From: Lama guanicoe
Taxonomy: Eukaryota
Length of the DNA: 64,000 bases
NCBI GenBank assembly: GCA_013239625.1
Contig: MU056243.1
Span: 3,856,225 to 3,920,224 of the forward strand
Direction: 5' to 3'
The notes beneath the pieces are model-generated. The model ran no database searches and was not told the DNA's origin. It saw only the letters and a list, made by a program, of their open reading frames with translations. A program made the position numbers and the translations under genes. Shown in pieces: positions 62,757 through 64,000 of this stretch (positions are counted from its first letter, which is position 1; each line of letters opens with the position of its first letter).

Positions 62757-64000
62757 GAATCTTCAGACAACAGGACTTTCAAACAGCCTTGAGCAATATA
62801 TAATTGTCTTGAATATTTTTCTATCATAACCTTAAGCATATGAAGGGCTCCCCAAATATTTACAAACCAAATAAGAAAATACTTGTTATTTTAACCACCT
62901 GCAAAAACATAAACACATACTCAGAAAATGGAATAGCCTCTCACAGACGGAGAGCTGTTAAGACAGAGCATAAAAGAGGGCATACTCATGACTGCATATT
63001 AGTAGAAGTTCCTTCCCTCGCTTACTAAAATGGAAAGCCACAAAAGGTGGCAAGCATTCAAATAAATGAAGCAGCAAGGAAAACTGGAAAAAAAAAATAA
63101 AGAGAAATGAACCTTTCGGCTCTATGCTATTAATACTTAGGAATGGTAACGAAAAGGGAGTTGATTTTAAGAAGTTCATTACCATAAGCCACGATCATCT
63201 ACTTCTTGAATAAAATGATGCTGCTGCTATTTGAAAAACTGATGTGCATGAAATGTCAGTAAACCTGAAGATGCTGGGATAAACTGAAAGAACGTCACAC
63301 TTCTCTCTACTATTATTAGCTACTGATACAACTGCACAAAATTATGGATTTGCCTAAGGTCACTCAAGAAGGGAGTCCCAAACCCAAGTATACCTCTCAA
63401 CAGGTTTTTATCAAACCGCTGGTGTGCCCTGGCTAGGGTCACCACCCTTGACCTACCTCACACACTTCTAGTCCAAATTACATACTACCTCCAGGTCACC
63501 CACCCCTGCCTGCCTCTTATGCTGGACGACATACCCTTCTCTGAGCACACTCTGCTCCCTCACCTCTGGCTGTTGCTTCCCTCCTGGTACCACCCCTCCG
63601 AAGCCCTGGGACACACACTTTCAAGACCCAGCTCAGGCATCCTTTCCTCCAAGGCCCTGGTTACCCCTCCCAGGGCATCCTGGGCATGCTTCGCAAGAGC
63701 CCTAATTTTACACTGTCTCCTTGACTATGCTGTGAGCTCCTTGAAAACGGAGACTGTATTTCTGATCTCTGCATCCCCATTATCTCATGTGATAGACAGC
63801 AAATGCTTACGGTACAAATGCGTATGCCCCAGGGGTTCCTCAAACATGCACGCTTTCACGTCATAACCACTCCACCTCCTGCACGCTCTGTTCTGGCTAA
63901 TAGTGTGAGCTTCCTCTTGGCTGCACAGGTCAGAAACCCATCTTCTCACCTTAACTTTAAGATAAATTTGGATAAATTTGATCATTGCCATCACCCTCGC

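Overview
Mammalian genomic DNA, probably a camelid (inferred from the tRNA-derived SINE family). The window is dominated by the minus-strand gene PPFIBP1 (liprin-beta-1). I traced 29 coding exons from the ATG at 55759 to the TGA at 2851, about 1035 aa if every cassette is included. Two of these exons lie mostly inside N gaps and are inferred. A ~1.8 kb 3'UTR follows, then the 5' part of the REP15 CDS (255..<1, minus strand), which the ORF track misses. Introns carry tRNA-derived SINEs, truncated L1 3' ends with target-site duplications (TSDs), a Tigger1 derivative, MaLR LTRs, MIR, L2 and old L1. The most unusual items are: (1) a TSD-flanked, poly(A)-tailed retrocopy of an unrecognised Glu-rich/Pro-rich repeat-protein mRNA at 39612-40285; (2) candidate extra exons, namely a 105-nt exon resembling the two 93-nt coiled-coil exons, a 6-nt microexon and a 57-nt cassette; (3) a GC-AG intron whose removal rebuilds a perfect 5' splice site; (4) all three N gaps coinciding with known or candidate exons. 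Homology calls rest on recalled human sequences; no database search was run. Repeat boundaries are approximate.
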